Counted from the first letter of the stretch, positions 39,965 to 50,033 are shown. The stretch: DNA of 64,000 nt from an uncultured delta proteobacterium (GCA_963754925.1 CAVWHX010000004.1:1088001-1152000); one strand, 5' to 3'. Numbers and translations: made by a program. The notes: generated by a model not told the origin, from the letters alone.

Positions 39965-41773
39965 TTACTCCCTGAAAATTTCTAGGTCCGCCGATATCCC
40001 ACGCTGTTTGAGATCTTCATAGAACTTCGGGATAATGCCGGTCGTTATGAAGGTTCCCTTGACTTCATGGGTATCATCCATGGGATCTTGCTTGTAATAA
40101 AAAATATCCTGCATGTTGATGACGTCGGCTTCCATTCCCGAGATCTCGCTGATAAGGGAGATTTTGTGCGATCCATCCACAAACGGAGTTATTTGAACGA
40201 TGACGTTGACGGCCGAAGCAATCTGTTCGCGAACGGCGCGCAGGGGCAGGTTTACGCCGGAGGTCAACACCATGCTCTCCAGCTTGGCCAGGCAATCGAT
40301 CGGTGAATTCGCATGGAGGGTAAAGAGAAAATTATGACCAGCGTTCATGGCCTGCACGATATCCAGCGTTTCATTGCCGAGGCATTCGCCCAGCACTATG
40401 CGGTTGGGGTTCATGCGTAGGCTGTTGTGCACCAGGTCACGGATAGTGATCCCGCCCGCGCCAATGCTATCGGGTGCGCGCGCCGCGAGCGCCACACAAT
40501 GCGCCTGGGGGAGTTGCAGCTCGGCCGCATCCTCGATGGTGATGATGCGCTCGCCCTCCGGGATGCGGGCGGCGAGACAATTGAGCAGGGTGGTCCTGCC
40601 GGAACCATACATGCCCGAGATAACCACGTTCTTACGAGCCGCGATGCACATATCGAGAAAATCAGCCATGCTGCGCGTCAGCGTGCCGAAGGCGACCAAC
40701 TGATCGATGTTCATGGTTTGTTGCTTAGGCTTGCGAACGGTGAGCGCAGGGCCCCGCAGCGCCAGCGGCGGGATGACGATGTTGACGGCCGCGCCATTCA
40801 TCAAACGCACATCGACCATCGGCGAGCTATCGCTGACATGTCTGCCCAGCGGGGCAAGTAAGCGTTCGATCACGTCCATGAGCGCGGCGTCGGAAGAAAA
40901 GATCTTGCTCGACTGAGTTACCTCACCGTCGCTCGTTACAAAGATCTGCCGCGCGTTATCAACCATAATTTCTCTGACGCTATCGTCTGCGAAAAACTCG
41001 TCGAGCGGGCCAAGGCCGAGCAACTCACGTTCCACATCCGTGATCAGCGACTCGCCGTTGGCCCACGACGGGACCGACGTTTGACCGACGACCTCACGGA
41101 CAACCTGGTCGGTTTGGCCCCGCACGTCATGGAGCTGATCGATGCTCTTGTCGCGAAGGTCGACGCGTTCGAGCACCCGCTTCCGTACGTCGCCGAGCAG
41201 AAGGGCGTACTGTTCAGCTTGTTGATCGAGCTCGCTGCGCACGACAGGCGATGTCGACTCCTTTATCGGGGGTCTTACCGGAGTGACCAATCGAGGGGCG
41301 GCATCCGAAGGTCTCGGCGGCTTGGATTCAGCGGCCGAAAACCCGTTGCTCTCCGCGAGGCTCTCGCCACCCGAATTACCGTCGCCGATATTCTTTTCCC
41401 GCTCGTAGGTATCGCTCCCGCCATCCGGACGCCGTCTGGCTTGACGCTCGCTCAATGGCTGCTGATAGTCAAAAGCGACGTCGTTGGGTTCATTAACGGT
41501 TATCGAGAAATCGCCAATCTGGATTTTGTCCAATGAATGCAGCGCCTGCTTCGCGGAAATGCGCTTGCCGTTGACAAAGGTTCCGTTCGTGCTTTCAAGA
41601 TCAAAGACGAAAATAGTGTTGTCACGGACCTCGATGCGGGCGTGCTTCTTTGAAACGTTGGATCGCTGCAGAACGACATCGTTGCCCTGCACTCGTCCGA
41701 TGGAAATTTCGTCCTGCTGGAAATCAAGCCGCTTGGCCGCGCCGCCTTTTTCAGCGATTGTGATGCTTACCAT
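39965..41773 (-). CDS. FHA domain + CpaF/TadA secretion ATPase
   Basis: IGRVQGND..VSKKHA..STNGTFVNG (FHA); LGPL..EIMVD..TIED.AEL..LRMNPNRI..AMNAGH..TLHANS. Confidence 0.9.
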   Translation of the reverse strand: MVSITIAEKGGAAKRLDFQQDEISIGRVQGNDVVLQRSNVSKKHARIEVRDNTIFVFDLESTNGTFVNGKRISAKQALHSLDKIQIGDFSITVNEPNDVAFDYQQPLSERQARRRPDGGSDTYEREKNIGDGNSGGESLAESNGFSAAESKPPRPSDAAPRLVTPVRPPIKESTSPVVRSELDQQAEQYALLLGDVRKRVLERVDLRDKSIDQLHDVRGQTDQVVREVVGQTSVPSWANGESLITDVERELLGLGPLDEFFADDSVREIMVDNARQIFVTSDGEVTQSSKIFSSDAALMDVIERLLAPLGRHVSDSSPMVDVRLMNGAAVNIVIPPLALRGPALTVRKPKQQTMNIDQLVAFGTLTRSMADFLDMCIAARKNVVISGMYGSGRTTLLNCLAARIPEGERIITIEDAAELQLPQAHCVALAARAPDSIGAGGITIRDLVHNSLRMNPNRIVLGECLGNETLDIVQAMNAGHNFLFTLHANSPIDCLAKLESMVLTSGVNLPLRAVREQIASAVNVIVQITPFVDGSHKISLISEISGMEADVINMQDIFYYKQDPMDDTHEVKGTFITTGIIPKFYEDLKQRGISADLEIFRE

Positions 41774-41933
41774 AGCCTACTCCCTTGTATCCAAACCCCT
41801 GCAGGTAATTATTATGATACCTCCATCTGGTCGGGATTCAATCCAGCCGTTAATCTCAGTCTAAAAAACAATCGATTGCCAATACCATCGATTTTCGCTT
41901 GACACAACCTGTTCATTGGATCAAATCTAAGAT

Positions 41934-41951
41934 ATTGACATGTTAGTCAAT
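41934..41951. promoter_or_regulatory. Inverted repeat upstream of TetR gene (candidate autoregulatory operator)
   Basis: ATTGAC-ATGTTA-GTCAAT. Confidence 0.45.
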
Positions 41952-41974
41952 CAACTTAATAATCGGATACCTTA

Positions 41975-42619
41975 ATGAGGCCACATAAAACTAAAAAAAG
42001 AAAAAGCTCTGCTTACGAGAAACGCAGACTGATTCTCAACGCCGCTATACGAGTCTTTGCGCAGAAGGGTTTTCATCGCTGCCGGATCTCGGATATCGCC
42101 AGTGAAGCTGGCGTGGCTTACGGGTTGGTATACCACTACTTCGAGCACAAAGAAGCCATCCTCAATACCATCTTTGATGAGAACTGGGGGCTTTTCACCA
42201 AAGTGCTCGAAACCATCAAGGAGCAGCCCGAGCCGTTGGAAAAGAAGCTGCTGGCAGTGGTGTCAATGCTCCTGGATGCCTATAAGTTGTTTCCTGATAT
42301 TATTCAAGTAATTGTGATGGAGATTGCCCGTTCGTCCAAGTTTTTGAAGAAGCCGAAGATAGAAGCTTTCGAGAAGTCTTTTCAGCGTTTTGCGGACATT
42401 CTTGAGCACCACAAGAAAACCGGCGAGGTCCGTGGTGATGTCGACACGAAGCTTCTTGCTTACTCGCTCTTTGGTTCGATAGAGCTAATTTTCACGGCTT
42501 ACATTTTGGGTTCATTGGTTCCCGGCGACGACCAAGCCTATGAGGCGCTCAAGATATACCTCGTGAAGGTCATCATGGATGGTATTCGCTCAAGGCCGCT
42601 CGTAGCACCAGCAAGCTGA
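41975..42619 (+). CDS. TetR/AcrR family regulator
   Basis: ILNAAIRVFAQKGF..ISDIASEAGVAYGLVYHYFEHKE. Confidence 0.93.
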   Translation: MRPHKTKKRKSSAYEKRRLILNAAIRVFAQKGFHRCRISDIASEAGVAYGLVYHYFEHKEAILNTIFDENWGLFTKVLETIKEQPEPLEKKLLAVVSMLLDAYKLFPDIIQVIVMEIARSSKFLKKPKIEAFEKSFQRFADILEHHKKTGEVRGDVDTKLLAYSLFGSIELIFTAYILGSLVPGDDQAYEALKIYLVKVIMDGIRSRPLVAPAS

Positions 42620-42625
42620 TTCCCA

Positions 42626-45115
42626 TCAGAACATCGTGTTGCTTCCGGTTCCGCCCGAACCGAGCACGCCGAGGTCTAACCACAAAAAAACATCGGGGTT
42701 CTTTAGTATGCGCAGCATGCGAATCGTGACCGCCAAACCGAAGCAGCGACAGTTGGAATTGTATGCAATTCCACCTCCGTACCAGTTTAGCTTCATGATG
42801 GTAAGATCGAAGTTTGCACCGCCGTTTATTGATACACTATCAAGAAGTTGCACCTTTCCGGAGAGATCGACAAGATGCAAGGAATCGCCCATTGCCCGCT
42901 CGGGCAATGCCGCAAGCCCTAACGGCAACCCATCCTCCTGTTGGGTCCGCTCGGCCAGCGGCAACAGCTGCCCGCTATTGGTATCTTTAAATGACGGCAG
43001 GTAAAGATAGGAGATCGCCACAGAGTGACCGCCTGGCAATTGCAGACCAAGGTTCGCATCCACCTCGGCCAGCGAATGCTTTTCCCAGTCGCCCCCCAGG
43101 ACAAGATCGAAGGACACCGGTGCCTGGTCGACTTTTATCAAGCCGGTCATCTGAGCTGGTCGGCCGTGCTCCAAATCGTAGCCCTGCCACAGTGATACAT
43201 TAATTAGTTTCGACCAGCCTAACCACCCGTTGCGATAGAGACTGGTCTCGAAGCCGCCGATCAATTGAACTGCATGTTGGGTAAGACGATCCTGCCAATC
43301 AAAGAACTGCGGGCTCACGCTGGATGAAAGTCCTGGCCAGGCGCCGGCAACTTGCACAAAGGGAGAAATGAGATGCCCAAACTGAGCTTGGTCCCCGAAG
43401 GAACGGGTAAGCTCGCTGCAAGCCCGCAGCGAAGCGTACGAAAGCCCGCGCGTGAAAGGATCAGGCGCGAGCGGGCCGTGCGGGAGGTAAAGAAATTGTC
43501 GATGGAACAACTGACCCTCGATCTCGAGAAAGTTTCCGATCCGGATCGGAATATCGATGGTTGGCTTTGCCATCAGCCGTACGGCGCGGCGCAATTCACC
43601 GGTGCCCAGGCTTTTGTTTCCTTCACCATTGAAGGTCTCATAAGTATTTTCATTTGCCGGCAGCGGTAGCGAAAGCTGCGAAGCGGGCATTCCGTCCATG
43701 CCCCAATCGCGCCAAGAAACTCCCAACGAGGAAAAATTTGCTGTTTCAAGCTCCAACGAGAATCGCAGTGGGAAGTTTGTCAAGGACACTGGAGCGAGCG
43801 CCCATGAAACCGCCCCAAGCCGATGTATGGTATCGGAGGGCTTCATGTCATAGACGGTTTTATCAGAGAACATCTTTTCCCCGCCGAAGCGAAGGTCTTG
43901 ATAGTACGTCCCATCAAGGGCGAATAGCGTCTGCGCCCCGCGCTGCCAGAAAGCTAATTGAGAAGGTGCGTCATCCACGGCCCGTCCGGCCAGGTCGCTT
44001 CTGAAATCCCCAACCAGGCTGCTGTCGCTGTACAAGTGAAGGGAAGTACGCAAAGCGGTTTGCGAAGAAAAATCGGCAAAGGAGTTAACCTCGCCAAAAA
44101 ACCGCAGCTTGTTGGGAGGGCCGCCGATTGGAAAGAAGGCGGGAGCGGCAGGGGTACCAAGATTCTCCACGAGCGAAGCTTTGTGGTCCTGCAGAATGCC
44201 AAAATGCATCACCACGTCTGATGTCTCCGAAGGCCGGGCGCGAAACTCCAGACGCTCGCGTGACCCGCGATCTTCAAACCAGTCGTAACTTAAGGTAGTG
44301 TCCGCGCTTTGACCCAGGGTCACAAACAACGATTCGGAGAGCACTACCCCGTCGCGGCCGGAAAAATTCACCTGCGGGAACAACAGGCCGGTGCGCCGAT
44401 CGCTCAAGGGAAGATACGCCGCCGGCAGAATGAACACCGGCAAGCCCTTGGCGTAGAATATCGGCCACGTCATCCAAGCCCGCTCGTTCGGCAGCACATC
44501 GGCGCTCGAGGCGCGTATCTCCCAGGTGGGTCTTCCTCCGCGGCAATCACAGGTGGTGAAGCGGGCTTTATCGATCAGGTAATGACCGTCCTGGCGTTCC
44601 ATATGTTCCCCGCCGAGATATAAGTCGTTGAGCCCGCTGTTCTCGCATGCGGGCGTGGTCGCGCATTGATTCGAAGTTCCCGATAACGGTTCTTTCTTCA
44701 TCAGGATGAGCGCCCGCTCAATAATCGCGTGCGAAGTCTTACTCTCGATCTCGAGACGGTCGCTCAAAAGCACCCGCTTGCCGTCGACCGCGCGAACGTT
44801 GCCGATAAAAACGCTTCGTTCTTCTTTGACGAACAAATCGGCCTCGTCGGAACGGATGTCCATGGCTCCGCCAAAAACATGGACATTGCCGCTGAGATGC
44901 ACGCGGTTGCCGTCGTCAACGGCCGTCATCTGATCGGCCTCAACCTGCAGTTCGTGCTGGGTTTGCGGATTCCAGGAAAAATCATCGAATAACGGTCGGA
45001 CCTGGGGTGCGGCGCCGAACAATTCCGGCGACCATAGGAGGAGAAGGATTGTCATTCCCGCGGAAGCGGCGTGCGGCTTGGCTGCGTGCGGCTTGGCTGG
45101 AATCCAACCTTTCAT
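42626..45115 (-). CDS. lptD: LPS-assembly protein LptD (start uncertain)
   Basis: OstA-like jellyroll (VEADQM..LSGNV), FTTCDC..PTWEI, RRTGLLFP, terminal YNSNCRCFG barrel motif. Confidence 0.8.
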   Translation of the reverse strand: MKGWIPAKPHAAKPHAASAGMTILLLLWSPELFGAAPQVRPLFDDFSWNPQTQHELQVEADQMTAVDDGNRVHLSGNVHVFGGAMDIRSDEADLFVKEERSVFIGNVRAVDGKRVLLSDRLEIESKTSHAIIERALILMKKEPLSGTSNQCATTPACENSGLNDLYLGGEHMERQDGHYLIDKARFTTCDCRGGRPTWEIRASSADVLPNERAWMTWPIFYAKGLPVFILPAAYLPLSDRRTGLLFPQVNFSGRDGVVLSESLFVTLGQSADTTLSYDWFEDRGSRERLEFRARPSETSDVVMHFGILQDHKASLVENLGTPAAPAFFPIGGPPNKLRFFGEVNSFADFSSQTALRTSLHLYSDSSLVGDFRSDLAGRAVDDAPSQLAFWQRGAQTLFALDGTYYQDLRFGGEKMFSDKTVYDMKPSDTIHRLGAVSWALAPVSLTNFPLRFSLELETANFSSLGVSWRDWGMDGMPASQLSLPLPANENTYETFNGEGNKSLGTGELRRAVRLMAKPTIDIPIRIGNFLEIEGQLFHRQFLYLPHGPLAPDPFTRGLSYASLRACSELTRSFGDQAQFGHLISPFVQVAGAWPGLSSSVSPQFFDWQDRLTQHAVQLIGGFETSLYRNGWLGWSKLINVSLWQGYDLEHGRPAQMTGLIKVDQAPVSFDLVLGGDWEKHSLAEVDANLGLQLPGGHSVAISYLYLPSFKDTNSGQLLPLAERTQQEDGLPLGLAALPERAMGDSLHLVDLSGKVQLLDSVSINGGANFDLTIMKLNWYGGGIAYNSNCRCFGLAVTIRMLRILKNPDVFLWLDLGVLGSGGTGSNTMF

Positions 45116-45295
45116 AAGGCTTCTGGGCCCCCAGCCAAGCCGCACGCGCTTTCGCGGGGGTGACGAGTTTTTGGAGTTTTGCGACACACTCGTTAACCGG
45201 CGCTGGTTGTTAACTCTGCCAAGAACGACGAGCATACTATATAGGATATTTGTTTTTTGAAACCCAAATTACAGGGGTATGGAGATAGCGATCTT

Positions 45296-46333
45296 TTACG
45301 CGGGACTGCCGTGCTCGTGATCGAGGTCAATGCGCAGGACCTGGGTGCCGATTTGGATGCGATCGTCGTCTACCAGCGGTTGGCTTTTTTGCATCCGCAG
45401 GAAGGTGCCGTTTGATGACCCGAGGTCGCGCAGGAAACAATCGCCTTCGCGATTGGACAATAGGCAGTGGCGCGCCGAGACGGTGGCGTCTCCCGGAAAG
45501 CGTACCTCGCCTTCATCGCGGCCGAGCGCCACTTCGGCGAGCGACAAGAGGTAGATCTCGCCAATCTTGCCCCCTTCCAGGATTTGGACGAGCCGCGCCC
45601 AAATCTGGGGAGCCGGACTGCCCCAAAATTGACTATCGTCATTGGGAACCGTACCGGGCTGAAGGGGCTGCAAATCGCCGGGCACCTCGAGCCGCAACAA
45701 CTGCCGCCCAATGCGAAAGTATGTGCCCGGGACAATCCTGGTCTCCCCGGTCATCTTCCAATAGACGCCGTTGTGGCTATTGAGATCAGTTAACCTAAGC
45801 TGGCCATCTTTGAACGTTATTTCAGCATGCTGCGGCGAGATAAACGGATCCTTAGGGAAAATAATTGCACCGTGCTCGCGTCCGATTATGGTTTTTTCGT
45901 CGGTCAGACTAAACACCGTTCCCTCGCTGCCATCGGGTTTAATCAACACTAAGCGCGCCCTTGGTTTTTGACTGAGGGCGGGAGAGGCAACGTGCATGAA
46001 GACCGTTCCGCCTCCCCGGTTGACGTCCTGGCCTTGGCGTTGGCCGCACGCCGAGCAAAAAAGGTCGTCGGGGTGCAGCGCATTCCCGCATATCTGACAC
46101 CGTATCTTCCAAACGGTTGCGGCGCCGGCTTGGCTTGGATGGGGTGTGGCTACGGCCGGCGGCTCAGGGGGCGACGACGCTGAACGGACGATGATTGGTT
46201 CAATGATAACGGGACCGCTCGGCATGCTTTGGGGACTCTCCGAGGGCCGGACCGGTTTTAGATTGGCGCCGCAGTCGAGACAAAATCGAAAAGAGTCGTC
46301 GTTTTCGCGTCCACAGTTTTGGCATTTAATCAT
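45296..46333 (-). CDS. Zinc-ribbon + tandem FHA domain protein
   Basis: Two CxxC..FCxxCG units; IGR..SPQHA..SHNG and LGR..SARH..SSNGTF. Confidence 0.88.
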   Translation of the reverse strand: MIKCQNCGRENDDSFRFCLDCGANLKPVRPSESPQSMPSGPVIIEPIIVRSASSPPEPPAVATPHPSQAGAATVWKIRCQICGNALHPDDLFCSACGQRQGQDVNRGGGTVFMHVASPALSQKPRARLVLIKPDGSEGTVFSLTDEKTIIGREHGAIIFPKDPFISPQHAEITFKDGQLRLTDLNSHNGVYWKMTGETRIVPGTYFRIGRQLLRLEVPGDLQPLQPGTVPNDDSQFWGSPAPQIWARLVQILEGGKIGEIYLLSLAEVALGRDEGEVRFPGDATVSARHCLLSNREGDCFLRDLGSSNGTFLRMQKSQPLVDDDRIQIGTQVLRIDLDHEHGSPA

Positions 46334-46513
46334 CGCGCCCGCCTCTCAAACCAAGTCAGGTCGTGACGTCTCGCGTGGAATGATGCGTATTGAACCATCT
46401 GGGTTAATATCTGTCAAGAAGCCCGATAACTGCCCCACTTCTTTCAAAAAACCATTGAAAGACGGGACCCGCTAGAGTATAGAGCCAGCAAGCACCATCG
46501 CGGGGGTTAACGG

Positions 46514-47689
46514 TTGAAGTATTGTCCGAATTGCGGCTCGCAAGTCAAGGAAGGTGGACGGTTTTGTCCATCCTGCGGCGCCGCGATGCCGCCAACTCCG
46601 GCCGATCCGCTGCTCGGTCAGCCGTTGGACGGTAAATTTCTGATCGAGAAACTCCTCGGCGTCGGGGGAATGGGCCGGGTTTACCAAGCCACCCAGCTGA
46701 GTCTCGATAAACAGGTTTGCGTTAAAGTTCTCCATCGAACGATGATGGGCGACCCTACCTTGATCGGCCGGTTCAAACGCGAGGCGCGCGCCGCGAGTCG
46801 GCTCAACCATCCCAACAGCGTCACGGTTATTGATTTTGGACAAGCGGCCGAGGATGGCTCGCTGTACCTGGTGATGGAATATATCCCGGGCAACGATCTC
46901 GGCAAAGTCATCCGCGAGGAGCGACCTTTTTCAGAGCAACGCATCGTCATTATTATGGACCAGGTGCTTTCCGCACTGGCGGACGCGCACGCCGCCGGGA
47001 TAGTTCACCGCGATCTCAAACCCGAAAATATCATGGTGACGGATCTGCTGGGGACCAAGGACTTTGTCAAGGTGCTCGACTTTGGTATCGCCAAGATCCA
47101 GGAAGGCGCCGCAACCGATCCCGGATTAACCCAGGTGGGCATGGTCTGCGGAACGCCCGAGTATATGTCGCCCGAGCAGGCGCGCGGCGAAGCCCTGGAC
47201 GCCCGTTGCGACCTGTATTCCGCGGGGGTGACCCTCTATCAAATGGTGACCGGCCGACTGCCTTTTTCCGCCCCGACCGCCATGGCGATTGTCACGAAAC
47301 ACCTGACCGAATCAGCCGTGCCGCCAAGCCAGATAGAAGGAATCAGAGTTTCGTCGCGTCTCGAGGCGGTTATCCTCAAGGCGATGAGTAAAGACCGCAA
47401 AGGACGCCAACCCAGCGCGCTCGCCCTGCAGCAGGAGCTCAACGCGGTCCTCTCGCCAAAAATCGCCCCGGGGGAGGAAACGCCGCTCGAGACACATCTA
47501 TTTGCTATGGAGTCAATTGATCCCGTCGGTTCGGACCACGACGCCCGGATGCGGTTTGCCGCATTATCAGCGCCGAGGAGGTTATCGAACCTCAAAAAAT
47601 CGTCTTGGTTATGGCTGTGGGTGGTGCTCGCCATCGCCGTGATGGGCGGCGGCGCCATGGCCGTCTACCATTTCCTGAGGTCATGGTAG
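46514..47689 (+). CDS. Ser/Thr protein kinase with N-terminal zinc ribbon and C-terminal TM helix
   Basis: LGVGGMGRVY, VKVL, HRDLKPEN, DFGIAK, GTPEYMSPEQ. Confidence 0.95.
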   Translation: MKYCPNCGSQVKEGGRFCPSCGAAMPPTPADPLLGQPLDGKFLIEKLLGVGGMGRVYQATQLSLDKQVCVKVLHRTMMGDPTLIGRFKREARAASRLNHPNSVTVIDFGQAAEDGSLYLVMEYIPGNDLGKVIREERPFSEQRIVIIMDQVLSALADAHAAGIVHRDLKPENIMVTDLLGTKDFVKVLDFGIAKIQEGAATDPGLTQVGMVCGTPEYMSPEQARGEALDARCDLYSAGVTLYQMVTGRLPFSAPTAMAIVTKHLTESAVPPSQIEGIRVSSRLEAVILKAMSKDRKGRQPSALALQQELNAVLSPKIAPGEETPLETHLFAMESIDPVGSDHDARMRFAALSAPRRLSNLKKSSWLWLWVVLAIAVMGGGAMAVYHFLRSW

Positions 47690-47694
47690 TAAGC

Positions 47695-47744
47695 CCCTAA
47701 AGGGATAAGAGACTGTAACTCGCTTCGCTCGTAACAGTCTCTAA
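47695..47744 (-). repeat. Double-hairpin mini-element copy C (overlaps stop codon of FHA gene)
   Basis: Reverse strand: TTAGAGACTGT-TACGAGCGAAGCGAGTT-ACAGTCTCTTATCCCTTTAGGG. Confidence 0.8.
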
Positions 47745-48814
47745 TCGATTTCCACCCTAAAAAGTTCCTCACCCATCAACAGCTCATCGGCCTGTTGCAG
47801 AGCCGCCGCGGAACGCAATCGCACAAAGATACCTGCCGAACCGGTATCGACGGCCACCACGCCCGCGGGGCTTAGGTGCAAATCCGCATGGTGCGCGGCG
47901 AGACGCGGGTCTGAGGGGAAGTTGATGCTGCAGTCCTTCCTACCGATCGAAACAATCGGACCGGCGCGCAAAATCACCGCGCCGGCGCGGCCGCGGGCGT
48001 TGTGGTCCTTATGCAGCACGCGCAGAGCCAGGAACAACTGCTTCGGGACAGGACTGCCGTAGGACCTGGTATCTTTCGATGGCGGCGTGCGCAAATCAGT
48101 CGTCGGTCCGCCCAATCCCAGTATCATCATTCGTTGGCTGCCGATAATTATTTCATCGCCCTGCCTCAGCTCCACCTGGCTGCGGGCACGCACAAACACG
48201 CCGTTTTGCGTACCGGGGTCTTCAGCCAAAAGGCGGCCCTGGTCGAACAGGAGGATAAGATGAACCGGCGCGAGGAAGGGATCTTCGGGAATACCGATCA
48301 TGGCGCCCGCTCGACCAATCGTAATGCGCGGCGCGTCGATCGCAAACAACTCCTCCGCGCGGCTAAATCCACGCAGCAAATGCAGCCGAGGCGATGACCG
48401 CCTGACCGGCGCTACGGACTGGCGGGGAAGAGGCGCCGGAATAGTAGGTGCTCGCTGGAGTAGCGGGTCGGGAGGCGGCTCGGGCATCGGCTCGGGTGTC
48501 GGTTGTTGCTGTGCTTGAGGCTCTCGCGGCTTTTGGGGAGGTTCTTGAGGAGGCGGTTGTGCCGCGTCTATGGATCGAAAAAGGCCGGTCACCCCTGAAA
48601 ATTCGTTACCACAATTAATGCATTTTCGTTGTGTGGGTTCATTGTAGGTATCGCAGGTTGGACAGACTATTCCGGCCTCGAGCAGATCGCTCGCGGAGAG
48701 CACTGGGCCTGGCGCCTGCGGTTGCTCCGCTCCTGACAACAGGAGCTGGCCGCACGTCATGCAGAAACGATCTCCTGTTTCGTATTCGGCTCCGCAGCCC
48801 GGACAAGCAGGCAT
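47741..48814 (-). CDS. Zinc-ribbon + Pro-rich linker + tandem FHA domain protein
   Basis: MPACPGCG..FCMTCG, CPTC..CINCG; IGR..DPFLAPVH..TQNGVF; AGGAGG RBS. Confidence 0.85.
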   Translation of the reverse strand: MPACPGCGAEYETGDRFCMTCGQLLLSGAEQPQAPGPVLSASDLLEAGIVCPTCDTYNEPTQRKCINCGNEFSGVTGLFRSIDAAQPPPQEPPQKPREPQAQQQPTPEPMPEPPPDPLLQRAPTIPAPLPRQSVAPVRRSSPRLHLLRGFSRAEELFAIDAPRITIGRAGAMIGIPEDPFLAPVHLILLFDQGRLLAEDPGTQNGVFVRARSQVELRQGDEIIIGSQRMMILGLGGPTTDLRTPPSKDTRSYGSPVPKQLFLALRVLHKDHNARGRAGAVILRAGPIVSIGRKDCSINFPSDPRLAAHHADLHLSPAGVVAVDTGSAGIFVRLRSAAALQQADELLMGEELFRVEID

Positions 48815-49027
48815 GTACCTCCTCCTCGCCGACTCAGGTGTTGCAGGCACCTCAACATGACCAAGCGGCCATCTTCAGAGTAATTAAGCCAACCGGTCGT
48901 GTCAACCTTAGGACGGTGATATCCGCACCAACGCGTCCGCTGATGCAGCACCACGCGCTGTTAGATTCTCTTTCACTTTTCCTTTTTATTTGACGGGGCG
49001 GGTTCGTCCGATCCATAAGTCATCGGT

Positions 49028-49969
49028 ATGCATCCGATCCTCGTCAACATCCCGATCATCAATCATCCGATTTACGCGTACGGCGCCATGCTCGGATTAG
49101 CGTTTATTTCGGGTTGGTACCTGAGCATGTACTTCGCCAATCGGGAGGGAATTCCTTATAAAATAACCTACAACACTTTTATTATCGTAATCATCTCCTC
49201 GTTGATTGGGGCGCGGGTGGCCCACCTGATCACCAATCCGGACACCTGGGGGGTGTTGCACGAGCGCGGCTTTTTTGGCGCGCTGTTCGCCTCAAAATGC
49301 GAGGGATTGGTGGCCTATGGCGGCTATATCGGCGGTACGCTTTCAGCCTGGGCTTATTTCCGACTGAAAAAAATGGATTTCTGGAGCATGGTGGATTGCA
49401 CCACGCCGGGCATGGTGCTGGGACTCGGCATCACGAGAATAGGCTGCTTTTTGGCGGGTTGCTGCCATGGAATTCCGACCGATTCGTTCTGGGGGATGCG
49501 CTTTCCTCCGGGCAGTCCGGCATCCTACGCTTTTCTGGATAGAGCGTTAGCCGGACGGTTACCGTCGCCGCCGGTGTATCCGACACAGCTCTTTGAATCG
49601 CTTCTTGGCTTTGTTCTTTTCCCCCTGTCGATATGGGCGGTGAAACGGCGCACATTCACCGGTCAGGCGTTCTTGCTGATGGTGCCGTTCTATGCGGTCG
49701 GGCGTTTTCTGCTCGAGTTTATCCGCGGCGACACCGATCGCGGCACCGTGTGGGGATTGTCAACCTCTCAATTTATCGGGGTGGTGCTCGTCATGGTGGT
49801 CATAGGATTGTACCTATGGCGTCGGCAGATTGCTCAACCGGTTCCCGCCCCGCTGAGCAAGGAGCAGGTCGAGCAGCGATTGATTGAAGCCGGGGTAGGA
49901 AAGCGCCCTGCAGCCGCATTCAAAGCGCGTGGCAATAGCTCGAGCAAAGGCAAGAAAAAGAAAAGATAA
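49028..49969 (+). CDS. lgt: Prolipoprotein diacylglyceryl transferase
   Basis: MHPIL, GARVAH, GLVAYGG, RIGCFLAGCCHG, YPTQLFES, RFLLEFIRGD. Confidence 0.92.
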   Translation: MHPILVNIPIINHPIYAYGAMLGLAFISGWYLSMYFANREGIPYKITYNTFIIVIISSLIGARVAHLITNPDTWGVLHERGFFGALFASKCEGLVAYGGYIGGTLSAWAYFRLKKMDFWSMVDCTTPGMVLGLGITRIGCFLAGCCHGIPTDSFWGMRFPPGSPASYAFLDRALAGRLPSPPVYPTQLFESLLGFVLFPLSIWAVKRRTFTGQAFLLMVPFYAVGRFLLEFIRGDTDRGTVWGLSTSQFIGVVLVMVVIGLYLWRRQIAQPVPAPLSKEQVEQRLIEAGVGKRPAAAFKARGNSSSKGKKKKR

Positions 49970-50017
49970 GAGATTCTTGCGAGCGAAGCGAGTTAGAATC
50001 TCTTATCCCCGGAGGGG
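49965..50017 (+). repeat. Double-hairpin mini-element copy D (overlaps lgt stop codon)
   Basis: GATAAGAGATTCT-TGCGAGCGAAGCGAGTT-AGAATCTCTTATC-CCCGGAGGGG. Confidence 0.75.
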
Positions 50018-50033
50018 ACTAAGGAGCGTTTCT

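Noticed and set aside
45069..45098. 15 bp tandem duplication (AKPHA x2) near the lptD start
   Set aside because: Real but only two units in a poorly defined leader; no evidence of function.
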